NCBI RefSeq assembly: GCF_009914755.1
Contig: NC_060929.1
DNA: 64,000 nt
Strand: one strand, 5' to 3'
Origin: the human T2T-CHM13v2.0 reference genome, Homo sapiens
Below are positions 28,706-41,400 of this stretch, in pieces. The notes under the pieces are model-generated. The model was given only the letters and a program-made list of their open reading frames with translations, was not told the DNA's origin and ran no database searches. Position numbers and translations under genes: made by a program. Position 1 is the stretch's first letter; every line of letters begins with the position of its first letter.

Positions 28706-29498
28706 TTTTTAATAAAAAAAATTTATATGTGTTTCATAATCAGGACTTCCTCCAATCCAGAATTCCCTGCTTATCTCATCTATTGTAGATTTCTCTCCCT
28801 TCTGAACCACGACATTTTCATCAACCTTCCTAGACTATACTTTCATTTCTTTCCTCCATTAATAGTACATATTATAGTGCAGGGATAAATGAATGATGGA
28901 TGAAGCAAACATTTTATGCCATAAATAAATATTCATTAACTTCTTAAGGTAACTCAGGAGGAGGGGAGGACAAAGAAGGCAGAATAAAAGGAAATATACC
29001 CTGGGTTAAATTTGATCATTTTGTGAATTTCTCAATTTGATTTAAAGGTTTTCAGGGCTGTTAAATGTTTTTTATTAGGAAATTTGTAACATTATGTGAT
29101 TACATGATAAGTAGTGAAAGATAATTCTGTTATTAACAAGGAGTGTGGCTATGGAAAGAAAGAAATTATAGGCAGGGAATACAGGTTGTAAATTATTGTC
29201 ACAAAAAGAGGTCTAACCCCAGAACTAAAACATAGCTGAACAGAATGAAAATGGAAAATGAAGATTAAGTCAAGCCATCTTAGGGGTAAATTGTGCAGGA
29301 CTTTGTGAATAACTGGATATGTGTACTATGAATAGAAGACATTGAAGGAAGCTCTGGGTTTCCAACCTAGAAATTTGATTCCTGTTAATCTAGACAGAAG
29401 ACACATAAGAGGTTATGGAGGGGAGTCTTTTTGGTACAGAAATTCAGCCTGACTTAGTTTATATACACATAGGGGAAATTGTTTCAAGGACACTGAAT

Positions 29499-29870
29499 TT
29501 GGTGGGCAGAATAATCGTTCTCCAAAAATGTCCCTGTCCTCATTCCCAGAACTTATGGATATATTCCCTGGCAAAAGAGACTTTGCAGATGTGATTATAG
29601 GTAAGGACCTTGACATGAGATTATCTGGGTGGGCCCAACCTAATCACATGAGTCCTTGAAAGCAAAAACCTTTCTCAGCTGAGGTTAGAAAGAAGGGTAA
29701 CATTGCTAGTTTTGAGGATGGAGGAAATGGCCACTAGCCACAGAAAACATAGAGCCTCTAGAATAGAGGGAGGGATTAGATTCTTTTCTAAAGCCCACAA
29801 AAAGGAATGCAGCCCTGCAGATACCTTGATTTTTGCCCAGTGAGATCTTGTCAGATTTCCAATGTGGAGA
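29499..29870 (+). mobile_element. MLT1D-like LTR (3'-truncated)
   Basis: tggtgggcagaataat...ggcaaaagagactttgcagatgtgatt...aaggaatgcagccctgcagataccttgatttt. Confidence 0.8.
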
Positions 29871-30394
29871 ATTTCTTTAGGAAGCCCAAATATAGGAAAG
29901 AGATTGGACCTCAAGAATAGCTACAGTCTAGACTTAAAACAGGATTATTTTTTCACACACCTCTATGAATGTGTACTTCATCCTTTTTCCTCCGGAGATG
30001 GAATTTCTCTACTTTGTCAATTGTTAACTATGAACAATGGCTGCTGACCGTTCAGCAGCCTGTGTGTTTTATCTATTAGATTAATTTCCTATTTACCTAT
30101 TAGATCAATTAACCAAGGAGAGACTGCTTCTCTTTCTTGACCTTATTTCTAAAACTTTTGTACAAGAACTATAATTGCCTTTGCTTTGAGCAATCAGCTG
30201 TGGTCAGGAGGAGAGGTTATTAGAGATAACAGGACAGCACCCAAAGATGGAGATTTTTCTCCATGTGGATGGAGAAAAATTTGGGAGAGTCTGTCTCAAG
30301 AAGAAGAAGAGAAATGAGAACTGAACATAGCAGCAATGAAGTAACATGGAAGGTCACAGAGTTAATGATTGAAATTGCTTCTTTTTGCATACAT

Positions 30395-31240
30395 GAAATC
30401 AGTCAGTCCATAGGTACTTATGAAATGTCTGCTTTGTGCCAAGCACTGAGATAGTCACTATGTATGTTGTTAAGCATAACCAGCAATATCAATGTCTACA
30501 CTAAGCTTATATTGATACTGGAAAAGGCAGTGATTTAACTGGTGTTTACCAAAATAAGGAAGTAATTATAACTGTGTAAATGGCTGTGAAGAAATGCAAG
30601 TTTTAAAAGATATATCTAATTGGGGTGGGAGGGTGACTCAGAGAAATTAAACCTACCTCATATAATGTATGCATTAGGGAACCATTTAAGTTGAGATCTA
30701 AGGATAAGAAGGAGTTGACCAGACAAAAAAAATGGGGGGTTTCAGGCAGAGGAAACAGCTTATGTGATGTTATAAAGATAGGAAGAAATGTGCAGGTTTT
30801 TTGTTGTTGTTGCTGGCTTTTTTTTTTTTTTTTTTTGGATGGAGTCTCACTCTGTCTCCAGGCTGGAGTGCAGTGGCGCAATCTCGGCTCACTGAAACCT
30901 CTCCTTCCCAGGTTCAGGTGATTACCCTGCCTCAGCCTCCTGAGTCACTGGGACTACAGGCACCTGCCACCATGCCCGGCTAATTTTTTTGTATTTTTAG
31001 TAGAGACAGGGTTTCACCATGTTGGCCAGGATGGTCTTGATCTCTTGACCTTGAGATCCACCCGCCTTGCCCTGAAACGTGCAGTTTTATAGAAACTAAA
31101 TGACAGTCAGTGTAGCTGATATTGAAGCAATGAGGACTCAGTAGTGTCAGAGGTTACCAGCAAGATAAGGGCCAGGACATGTCCTTATCAGGTTGTAATG
31201 AATCAGATTAAAATTTGGGGTTTTATTAGAAGGCAACATT
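30395..31240 (-). mobile_element. LINE-2 fragment interrupted by an Alu
   Basis: tgtgccaagcactgag, ttaagttgagatctaagg, tttcaggcagaggaaacagc. Confidence 0.65.
30797..31073 (-). mobile_element. AluSc-like SINE, 5'-truncated
   Basis: ggccaggatggtcttgatctcttgacc. TSD gaaa(t/c)gtgcag at 30785-30795 and 31074-31084. Confidence 0.9.
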
Positions 31241-31281
31241 TTAAGTAGAGCTTGCCTCACTCCTTACATCCAGATACTGAT

Positions 31282-31816
31282 TGTGATGGTTAATATTGAG
31301 TGCCAATTTGATTGGATTGAAGGATGCAAAATATTGTTCCTTGGTGTGTCTGTGAGGGTGTTGCTAAAGGAGATCAACATTTGAGTCAGTGGACTGGGAG
31401 AGGCTGACCCACCCTCAATCTGGGTGGGCACCATCTAATTAACACAGCTAGGATAAAAGCAGGCAGAGTAACGTGGGAGGACTAGACTGGCTGAGTCTTC
31501 TGGTCTTCGTCTTTCTCATGTGCTGGATGCTTCCTGCCCTCAAACATTGGACTTCAAGTTCTTCATCTTTTGGAGTCTTGGACTTACTTCAGTGATTTGC
31601 TAGGGGCTCTCAGGCCTTTGGGCACAGACTGAAGGCTGCACTGTTGGCTTCCCTACTTTTGAGGTTTTGGGATTTGGACTGGCTTCCTTGCTGCTCAGTT
31701 TGCAGATGACCTATTGCGGAACTTCACCTTGTGATCGTGTGTGTCAATACTCCTTAATAAACTCTGCTTCATCTATCATATTAGTTCTGTCCCTCTCATG
31801 AACCCTAACTAATATA
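31282..31816 (+). mobile_element. MLT2A (MLT2A1/2) ERVL solo LTR
   Basis: tgtgatggttaatattgagtgccaatttgattggattgaaggatgcaaa ... ttagttctgtccctc...aaccctaactaatata. TSD ctgat/ctgag. Confidence 0.92.
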
Positions 31817-34519
31817 CTGAGCCTCATCTCTAAACTTCAGAATCAATATTTCTTGGGATGGACACTTAGGAATATTCATTTTAGCATTATCCCCTCATAA
31901 TTCTTATACATCTCAAACTGTAATAACTACTCTTTAAAAATAAATGAGAATAATAATCTTTTGTTATAATATTGTTTTTAGAGAACTCAAAGTGAATTTC
32001 ATGTATCTATTAAGAACTGACATGAGAAGAATAGTGAGGTATATTTTTCTGAAATGCAAAAGATCAAGAGTTATTGAAGTTATAAAATCATCAGATTTCA
32101 CTGATGCTTACATCAGCATATCCTATGTTTTAATTAACCTGTTGACCTCTATCACAATATCAAAATGAAGAATGCATGTAATGGAATATACTGTATATGT
32201 GTGTTTCTAGCCTCAGTCCCCAGGAAATACTTGATACTTTGTTTTTATTTATTTTAAAATATAAAAACGACTTTTATACTGGGGAGAAGATGGGGTGTGT
32301 GGATTCACTTGTGCTTTGTTGCTCAATGAATTGCCTGTTTGTACTTCTCTAATTTTTATATAGTGCAAATTGATGTGATCTGAACAACTGATGGTTTTCT
32401 ATTTGCCAGTCCCAGTTACATTAGCATTCAACTAAAATAAAGACATGCAGAGTGTCTACTGATCACAAAGCACTTATTATCTTAGATGTTAAAAATATTA
32501 CATGGACTTTAGAATGTGTACAATATCTCTTGCATTTTCATTTATCCATAAATAGAGGAAATGGGCATTGTAAAAACTCTCTGAACAATTGCCTGGAATC
32601 ACTGAACATTCTCTGCTGAACTTCTTTCCTACTACTGTTGAGCTAAATTTAAAGGTGACCCTGCAATACACTGCACCTCATCATGTGCAAGGCAGTAGTT
32701 GCTGAAGTTCAAGCATAAACAAGAGGAGCCAGGTTTGTTCAGGTGCATAAATCTGGGTGCAGGGCTAGAAAGCACAGAGAACTCCTTACCAACCATAAAA
32801 GCTAGAAGATGATTTGTAATATGTGAAGATTTCTGGAAAGTCATCAGCACTTATATCTCAATCCCTGTTGAAAGTAAAGGCCTGATTCTTCCCTGAAAAA
32901 AAAAATTGAATCCAGTGGGGAACTCAATCTTAGTAAACTACAATAAAAACCAGACACAGATAAATCACAAGTTAGCAACCTGGTAAAAGAAAGAGCATGT
33001 CCTTCTTTTCTGAATGTAATATTATTTACTTCACTTCTATTGTTCCTTGACACATAATAACCAGCATTACATTTTTCTTTAAAAAATGTGGAAGAAACAA
33101 ACAAGAAAATGTAAAACTTGAAGAAAGAAAAATGTCAAGAGAACCGACAGAGAAATAATTTAGCTAATGATGATTACAGACAGGGATTTTAACATAACGA
33201 TGACAATTACATTAATAAATATAGTGGATAAAGTAGACAAAATCTGCAAACAAATCAATAATTTTACAAGAGTTATATGCTCTAAAAAAGATGCCAAATT
33301 AAAATGACAAAATAAATACTTGATAGGAAAAATGAAGAATTAATCTGATAATCTTGACAGATGATGGGACATAGTAGAAAAAATGTCAGTAAGCTTAAAG
33401 AAAAAAAATCAGTAAGCTTAAAGCTAAACAGAAGCACAAAGAGAAAAAATATGTGAACAAAAAAAGAATGATGCCAGGGAGGCAACACCAGCCAACTAAC
33501 ATACATATAATAGAATACTATCAAGAGAGGAGAGAGAAAATGGTGCAAAAAAAGTACTTAAAAACACAGCCACAACATATCTTTCAAATTGATAAAATAA
33601 TAATAATAATTATCTTAGGGCTCAACAAACATCAGGTAGACCAAATACAAAAGCAATCAAATAATCAACCTATATCTAGACACAATATAATGGAAATGCT
33701 TAAAACTAAGTATAAAAAACAATATATATTTTTAAAGCCATTTAAGGAAGAAACATTACATATGGGAGGACAGTGATAAGAATTATGGCTGACTTTTCAT
33801 CAGTAAAATAAAGGTCTGAGGTTAATGGAATGATATTTTAAAAGGATAAAAAACAAATAGACATGTCTATCTAAAAAAAGATAAATAAAACTGAGATAAT
33901 TCATCTCCAATAGTCCTGTATTACATAAAATGCTGAAATAAAATTCATTAGGCTGAAGGGTTGATACTAAATAGAATCTTGGATCTGCAAGAAGGAATAA
34001 GAAATACTAATGAGGAAAAATTTAGAAGTAACTAAATTAATTTTTCTCTAATTTTAGTATACTAGTTTAAAACATTTATTCCAATTATTATTGACTAATT
34101 CAAACAAAATTTATAAAAGTATACCATAGAAATTTTAGTGTACGTAAAAGTAAAATGTATGACAACAGAGCTTAAAGGGTAGGAGGTAGATAAATAGAAC
34201 TATTACATATTGTTATAAGATTCATACAATTTTCATTAAGTAGAAAAATGTCATATGAATATAGACTGATATAAATTAAAGATGCATATTATCATCTCTA
34301 GAGTAACTGCTAAAAATATGTAGTGAAAAACCAATAAAAATATGAGTTTTTATAAAAAATACACAATTCACACAAAAGAAGGTAAAGAAAGAAGAAACAG
34401 AGAGTTGGGAAAATAGAAAAGAAGTTCCAAAGTTCTCTGCTTAAGCCCAGCCACATCAAACTTATACTAATTATAAATGATCTAAATTTCCTGTTGAAGT
34501 GGTTGTTACCAACATGTGC

Positions 34520-34673
34520 AACAGATCTTCAGTTCATAACAATATATTGTGTACTTGAAAATTGCTAAGAGATTTTGCATTCTAATCACACAAAAATGAT
34601 AAATATACAATGTAATGCACATGTTAATTTGCTTGATGTAGCCATTTAGGCTTTTTTATCAATTAAAAAAAGA
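34520..34673 (+). mobile_element. Short L1MA 3' end nested in the L1M
   Basis: ataacaatatattgtgtacttgaaaattgctaagag...atgttaatttgcttgatgtagccatt plus an A tail. Confidence 0.6.
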
Positions 34674-37093
34674 ATGCAACTTTAAGCAAAATAAAATACA
34701 GAGGTTAAGAATAGGTGAGAAAGTAAGACCAAGCTATATGCTTTTGAAAGGAGCATATATTTTATATAAAGACACAGAGAGTTTGAATGGAAAAGAGTGG
34801 GAAAAGAGGCCAAACAAACATTAATCACAAGAAATGTGGTCTGGCTATTCTAATGTATAATTTAAAAAAGGATTACCATAAGAAGGAAACTTTATAATGA
34901 TACATGGGTCTTTTTTATCAAGAAGATGTGTGAATTCTAAATAGTTTTGCATGTAATCTGAAGAAAAACTTGACAGAAATAAAGGGAGAACTATAGAAAC
35001 CCATAATCATATTAAATATTTTATCCATGTTTTTAAATAATTGATCCACTTGTATATTAACAAATCAATATAGAATAAAATATTTTTTAAACACTATCAA
35101 CTAATTTGATCTTTTTAACGTATTTAAACACTGCATTCCAGAACTGTAGAATTCACGTTTTATTTTCAAATGTACATTCAAGACGGGTTATATGATGGGC
35201 CACAAATTAAATTTCAGCAAATTGCAAATGATTTAAATAATAAAGATTATGTTTCAGGCCATAAAAATAATAAATTCAAAATCAATTCTAGTAAGATAGA
35301 AAATTCTCAATTATTTGAAAATTCGAGAAGATCCTTGAAATAACACATGAATCACAAGACAAATCATAGGGAAAATAGAAAATATTTTAAACTGAAAAAT
35401 AAAACACAACATATCAAAATATATTTGATATTATTTAAGAAACACGTGTTACTTTAAATGCTTATATTCTACAAATACTGAAGTATAAGGGGTATTATGA
35501 ACAACTTCATGTGAATAATTGACAACTAGGATGAAAGAGACAAATTTTTGACAAATACGCTTAACAAAACTGATGCAAGATGATACAGAAAAGTTTTTCT
35601 TTATTTTGTACAGTAATTCAATTCAAAAACAACAAAAACGAAAACAGTGACAATAACAAAATTTCCTACTATCCTTAGAAACGTGTTAACCAATGAAATG
35701 CAGCAATATATTAAAAGTATCATGACCAAATGGGATTTTTGTCAGGAACACAGAGTTTTTGTTTGTTCTATAATTTAAAAAGGAATGCATGCAATTTATC
35801 ACATTAACATAAAGAAAGATAAAATCATATGCACATCTGAATAGATGCAGGTAAAACATTTGACAAAATCTAATACCAATTCATGTTAAAAATATCTAGC
35901 AAACTAAAATATACCAAAAAGGAAATTTTCTCAATAAAATAAAGGATATCTTTGAAAAAAATCCAATTATCATTATACTTAATGACAAAATTTGAATGAT
36001 TTTTCTCTAAGACTTTGGACAAAGCAAGAATATAAAATCTGATAGTTGTTATGCAATATTGCCTGGAAGTCTTAGTGTAAAAAGATAAGCAAAATAAATC
36101 AAAGTTATAAAGGTTAGAGAAGAAAAACAAACCTCTCATTATTCCCAGCTGACATGATTGTGCACATAGAAACTCCTATGGAATGTACATAAAAATTCTA
36201 GCGCTGATAATAGTGACTTTAGCAGTCATTAATGCAGAGTTAATATATAGAAATTCAAAATACTAACATTGAACAATTGGAAAATGAATAAAAGAAAACT
36301 TTTGTGATAAAATAAAAAACTATATAACTTTAAATACATATATGTACAAGACTATAATACATTATTGAGAGAAATTAAAACAGACAAATAATTAGAGAGA
36401 TATACTCTGCTCATAGGTTGAAAGACTCTATGCTGCTAAAACGATAATTGTTCCCAAATTGAACTATGGTATCAATTTAATCCCAATCCAAATTCCAGCA
36501 AGCTTTATATTTAGAAATTGATCAGCTGACTGTAAGATGTATATAGGAATAAGAAGTATGTAGAATAGCCAACAGAATCTTACAGAAGATGAGAGGAGTT
36601 GGAGAACTTATACTACCTGATTTCAAGACTTATAAAACTGTCAATTAATGCAGCATGTTACTGGCATAAAGAAAGGCAGATAGATTAAAGTAACAGAAAG
36701 AGGATGACATATATGTAGTTGATTTTTAGTTTTGAAGATATCACTCATTTATTTTATTTTATTTTATTTGGAATTTAATTATTTTGAAGTTGACAAATAA
36801 AAATTGTTTTCACCACAAATATTTATGGGTATTTTTTCACCAAGGTGCCAAGTCAATTCAATGTGGTCTGAGAAGTTCTTTAACAGAAGAAATTTTAAAA
36901 AGGTAACACCATAATGTAAAACAGGAGTGCAGGGAAAAAAGAACAAATTGTTGAGCTCTACCTCACCCCACACACACAAATTAATTTTAGGTGGATCATA
37001 GATATAAACATAAAATCTATAATACAAATCTACTTAGAACAAAGCAAATGGAGAATATCTTTGTGATGTCAGTGTAAAGGGTTTCTGTGACAG

Positions 37094-37671
37094 TGAGAGG
37101 TGAAGCTGGCTGGGCTTCTGGGTCAGGTAGGGGACTTGGAGAACTTTTCTGTCTAGTTAAAAGATTGTAAATGCACCAATCAGCACTCTGTGTCTAGCTA
37201 AAGGTTTGTAAATGCACCAATCAGCACTCTGTAAAACGGACCAATCAGCACTCTGTAAAATGGACCAATCAGCTCTCTGTAAAATGGACCAATCAGCAGG
37301 ATGTGGGTGGGGCCAAATAAGGGAATAAAAGCAGGCCACCCACATCAGCAGCGGCAAGCCACTCAGGTCCCTTTCCACGCGGCGGAAGGTTGTTCTTTTG
37401 CTGTTTGCGATAAATCTTGCTGCTGATCAGTCTTTGTGTTACCTTTAAGAGCTGTAACACTCACTGCAAAGGCCTGCGGCTTCACTCCTGAAGTCAGCAA
37501 GACTGTGATCCCACCAGAAGGAAGAAAGTCCGGACACATCTGAATATCTGAAGGAAAAAACTCTGGACACACCATCTTTAAGAATTCTAACACTCACTGT
37601 GAGGGTCCACGGCTTCATTCTTGAAGTCAGCCAGACCAAGAACGCACCAGAAGGAACCAATTCTGGACCCA
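37094..37671 (+). mobile_element. LTR12 (LTR12F-like, ERV9) solo LTR
   Basis: tgagaggtgaagctggctgggcttctgggtc start, tandem CCAAT repeats, ends ...ccaattctggaccca. Exact TSD acag at 37090-37093 and 37672-37675. Confidence 0.93.
37176..37332 (+). promoter_or_regulatory. LTR12 U3 promoter: five CCAAT (NF-Y) boxes and a TATA-like AATAAAA
   Basis: ccaatcag at 37176, 37217, 37241, 37265 and 37289; gggaataaaagc at 37321. Confidence 0.65.
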
Positions 37672-37740
37672 ACAGGACAACATTCACTAACCACAAAATA
37701 TAAAATTGCTAAGTTGAGCATAATTAAAAAATGTTTGCTG

Positions 37741-38018
37741 GCAAACTATCAGAAGGACAAAAAACCAAACACCGCATATTCTCACTCACAGGTGGGAAAT
37801 AAACAGTGAGAACACATGGACACAGGAAGGGGAACATCACACTCCGGGGACTGTTGTGGGGTGGGGGGAGGGGGGGAAGGATAGCATTAGGAGATATACC
37901 TAATGCTAAATGACGAGTTAATGGGTGCAGCACACCAACATGACACGTGTATACATATGTAACAAACCTGCACGTTGCGCCCATGTACCCTAAAACTTAA
38001 GGTATATTTAAAAAAAAA
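37741..38018 (+). mobile_element. L1PA4-like 3' end
   Basis: gcaaactatc...gatatacctaatgctaaatgacgagttaatgggtgcagcacacc...taccctaaaactta plus an A tail. Confidence 0.92.
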
Positions 38019-38249
38019 TTGTAAATGGGAGTGGGAAAGAATATTAAAAATACATGAATTCATCAGAAGACTTATGTTAGAATGTAGGCAGAACGCTTAC
38101 AAATCAACAATGAAATGACAAAAAATAAAAACTGGAAATTTGAAACATGTACTTAACAAAAGAATTTATGTGAATGACCAATAAGTACATGAAAAAGTGT
38201 TCAAAATCATTAGTCATCAGTGAGTTTTAATTAAAGCCCCAATTTTTTC

Positions 38250-38762
38250 TCAAGGCTCTTGAGGAGAGAAAAAAACTAGGCTCCTTAATATGACTTATAA
38301 TGTCCTTGGCTATCTCTCTAAGTTGATGTCATGCTGCAGTTTCCAAGACTTCTTTAAGGTCTTCAAATCTGTGCACATACTCTTGCCTCAGCCTGACCCA
38401 ATGCTAATTCCCTCCCCTGCCTTATTTGCATATGTTTATCTGGTGCCTTCTCATTCTTCAGGTCACTGTTTAAAGGTAGCCCCTTCAGATCTTCATAAAA
38501 TCCATCCTAAATCAGTCTATCTTGTGTAGCCCCTCTTCACCCTATGTTACAGATTATCTCATAGTCAATTGTTTTTCTTTTATAGCACTTATAATTACAT
38601 ATAATAATTTTATTTATATGTTTACTTCCTCCCTCACAACATAATTTTATGAGCAGAGATTCTGTGTTTTTGATAGCCCTTGTATTAGAGTGCCTCACAA
38701 AATATGTGGTGCTAGCAGGCACTCTGAAATAGTTGTTAATTGAATGAATTAATGAATAAATA
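38250..38762 (+). mobile_element. LINE-2 3' fragment
   Basis: ctttttatagcacttata...tagcaggcactctgaaatagttgttaattgaatgaattaatgaataaa. Confidence 0.7.
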
Positions 38763-39402
38763 AGATGTAAGAGGTTGATAAAACTAAGCAATTTAGGACA
38801 TCTGTGAATTCTGGACATCTCTGTGGTTTCTGTTGTATTTCTGCAAAACTGTATCAGTCAAAATAGCAATCTTCACAAATAGAGTTTTTGCTTTAGTTTA
38901 CTAAGCTGCTACCTAGCAGTCTCTACTGTATCAAGCAGGTACCTTCCCTAGGGATTACTGGTCTTCACACCAGATGCTCAAGCATGAAAAGTGCCTCTTC
39001 TGTACTAAGCCAGGTGGTTTCTGATGAAAGCAGTCACATTTTTGAAGGTCTTCCAGGAAATCCGAAATGTTGCAAATGTTTTGTTGATAAGGACTTTTAG
39101 AGAGATGAATATATGTCATTGACATGGTCTGAATCAAGCTATTGAAGCTCAATCCCTTCACTTGAGTCTCAGCCGAATACTTCGTTAAATGGGAGAAACT
39201 GTGCCAGCAAAACAGAGCCCAGGTCAACAGCCAGAACAAGCATTTGTGCTATTTGATTTCTAGGTATAATAATTCTTGCATTTTATGAATGTAGTGACTA
39301 TGTCTCACTTTGAAACAAAAATGTTATGTGATTGTGGTTCAACTTTGATTCAGTTGAAGCCAACATTTGAATTTTTATTAAGCTGTCACTCTGAAAAAAA
39401 AA

Positions 39403-39440
<38 letters not shown>
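39403..39440. repeat. (TG)13 followed by a short (AG)n microsatellite
   Basis: Direct reading. Confidence 0.9.
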
Positions 39441-40357
39441 CTAAAGTATTCCCTTCCCACTTCTCTTTTCTCACTATTTTTACATGGCATTAAACAAAGC
39501 AATGGCAGAAGCCCTACTGAAGACTGAGGTCAGAAGCCATCTGCATAGAAGCACTTCCTTTCTTTAGCGCAAAATAATATAGACGAATGCTCCCACAAGC
39601 AGTAATGAAGGTTAAATATCTTTGACCATCAAACATTTGTGCTACAGCCAACTCAGGAAGCACAAGTACACAAAGTAACAAATTAGGTATTCCAGACATT
39701 TACCTCATTTCTCAGGCAATTTCTGCCACCTAGTCATTTCAGGGCTGCAGAAGTGTGAGTTGATGCTTCTTTGCCAAATTACCTTGTTTAAATCTCCATA
39801 AAACATTGCCACCATCAGCAGCTAGAAACTTTGGAAGGCAATTTAGGGTTGATATAATTTGCAAGTAATTTATCACTGTAAGTAGATGGTTTTATTAAAC
39901 AGCTGCAGGGTACCTGTTTAAAAAGAAAAGGAGAGAGAAAGGTTACATTACCTCTGTCTGTCCTCCCTCCTGTCTTTTCTTGCTTCCATTCCTTTTGTTT
40001 TCTTTTTATGATTTAATTATTTAAACTTCCCCTATGTTGGGGGACATTGAAGCAGATAACACCCTAGCAAGTATGGACTAAGAAGATCCATGAGTGTTTA
40101 ATGACCCTCCCTTCTCATGAAAGCAGGCAGATTTCTGAAAAGAAAAGGCCTAACAAAAGCTGGCCTAAATAGAGAAAACCTTGTGGGCTTTGAGTTGGGG
40201 TCAGAAAAAAACAGAAGCAGGAAGAAACTCCAAGACAGAATGAGCACATTGGCCAAGGCCTGGGAGCAGGATTGAGGAGGTAGCGAGGAGAATCTGTAGT
40301 AGAATTTTGCTTATTATTTTTGCTTAATACTATACATATTAAATATCTATATGTGTA

Positions 40358-40794
40358 CAGTTGACCCTTGAACAACACAGGTTTGAAATGCACGGTTCCA
40401 CTTTTGAGCAGCTTTTCTTCTACCTCTGCCACCCTTGGGAACACAGCAAGACCACAACTTCCTCTTCCTCCTCCTCCTCCGCCTACTCTATGTCAAGATG
40501 ACAAGGATGAAGATCTTCATAATCTACTTTCACTTAATAAATAGTAAATATATTTTCTCTTCTTTATGATTTTCTTAATAGCATTTTCTTTTCACTGGTT
40601 TCCTTTTCTGTCAAGAATCCAGTATATAATACATATAATATAAAAAGTATGTGCTAATCCTGTATTTATGTTATCTGGTCAGTGGTAGGCTACTAGTAGT
40701 TATGTTTTTGAGGAGTGAGAAATTGCTGTATTTTCAACTCTGTGAGGGGGCTCATTAGGTTTGCTGAACCCCTGTGCTGTTGAAAGGTCAACTA
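40358..40794 (+). mobile_element. Tigger2a-like non-autonomous TcMar DNA transposon
   Basis: Terminal inverted repeats cagttgacccttgaacaacacagg / cctgtgctgttgaaaggtcaacta, flanked by TA on both sides. Confidence 0.88.
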
Positions 40795-41400
40795 TATATT
40801 AAATTGGAGATTTAAAATGTCTGTATTTTAATTGTGAATGAATCTACATGCCATGTATCCAAGTTATTCAAAATTCCCAAGGCTAACATTTGTTCACTCA
40901 TTCATTCAACAAAATCATCTATTTTGGTCAGTGTGTTAAAATAAGTGATACAAAAAAAAAAGATTGAATCAAATTTTGTAATAGGTCAACCTACTGGAAT
41001 TTAGTGTTTCATTGGAATTTAGTGTTATAGAGTAATTGCTGACTGGAAGCTCTATGTGGAATAGATGTTGTGAGGCATCACCTTTGGTTGAGTAAAGTCA
41101 GGCCTTTGCATTATCATCTTTAATGAAAGGCTTTCAGGAGCAGCTAAAGCTTAAATAAGTACATGAGTTAGAGACCTTGAAATGATCAGCATCTATTGCT
41201 TGCATGTTCTCCACACTTCACATTAATTCAAGGTGTGTCTGATATGGTCATATGCCTGTATTGCATAGAAACATGTCTGTGTCCTAGATAATTACTTGAA
41301 CTAAAAATGCAAAAATGAATAAACCAGAAAGGACATCCACACCAAAAACCCATCTGTACATCACCATCATCAAAGACCAAAAGTAGATAAAACCACAAAG

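Larger units (their letters stand above)
33110..38240 (+). mobile_element. Long, heavily degenerate L1M (ORF1 to ORF2) hosting younger insertions
   Basis: Collinear L1 motifs: atggctgacttttcatcag, catgaccaaatgggattttt, tagatgcaggtaaaacatttgacaaaat, ctacctgatttcaagacttat, cattagtcatcag. Confidence 0.75.

Noticed and set aside
37155-37300. Short repeated units resembling a CRISPR-like array
   Set aside because: These are the tandem CCAAT repeats of the LTR12 U3 region. There are no unique spacers and the context is eukaryotic.
40995-41026. 14-bp direct repeat tggaatttagtgtt
   Set aside because: Simple local tandem duplication with no inserted element between the copies.
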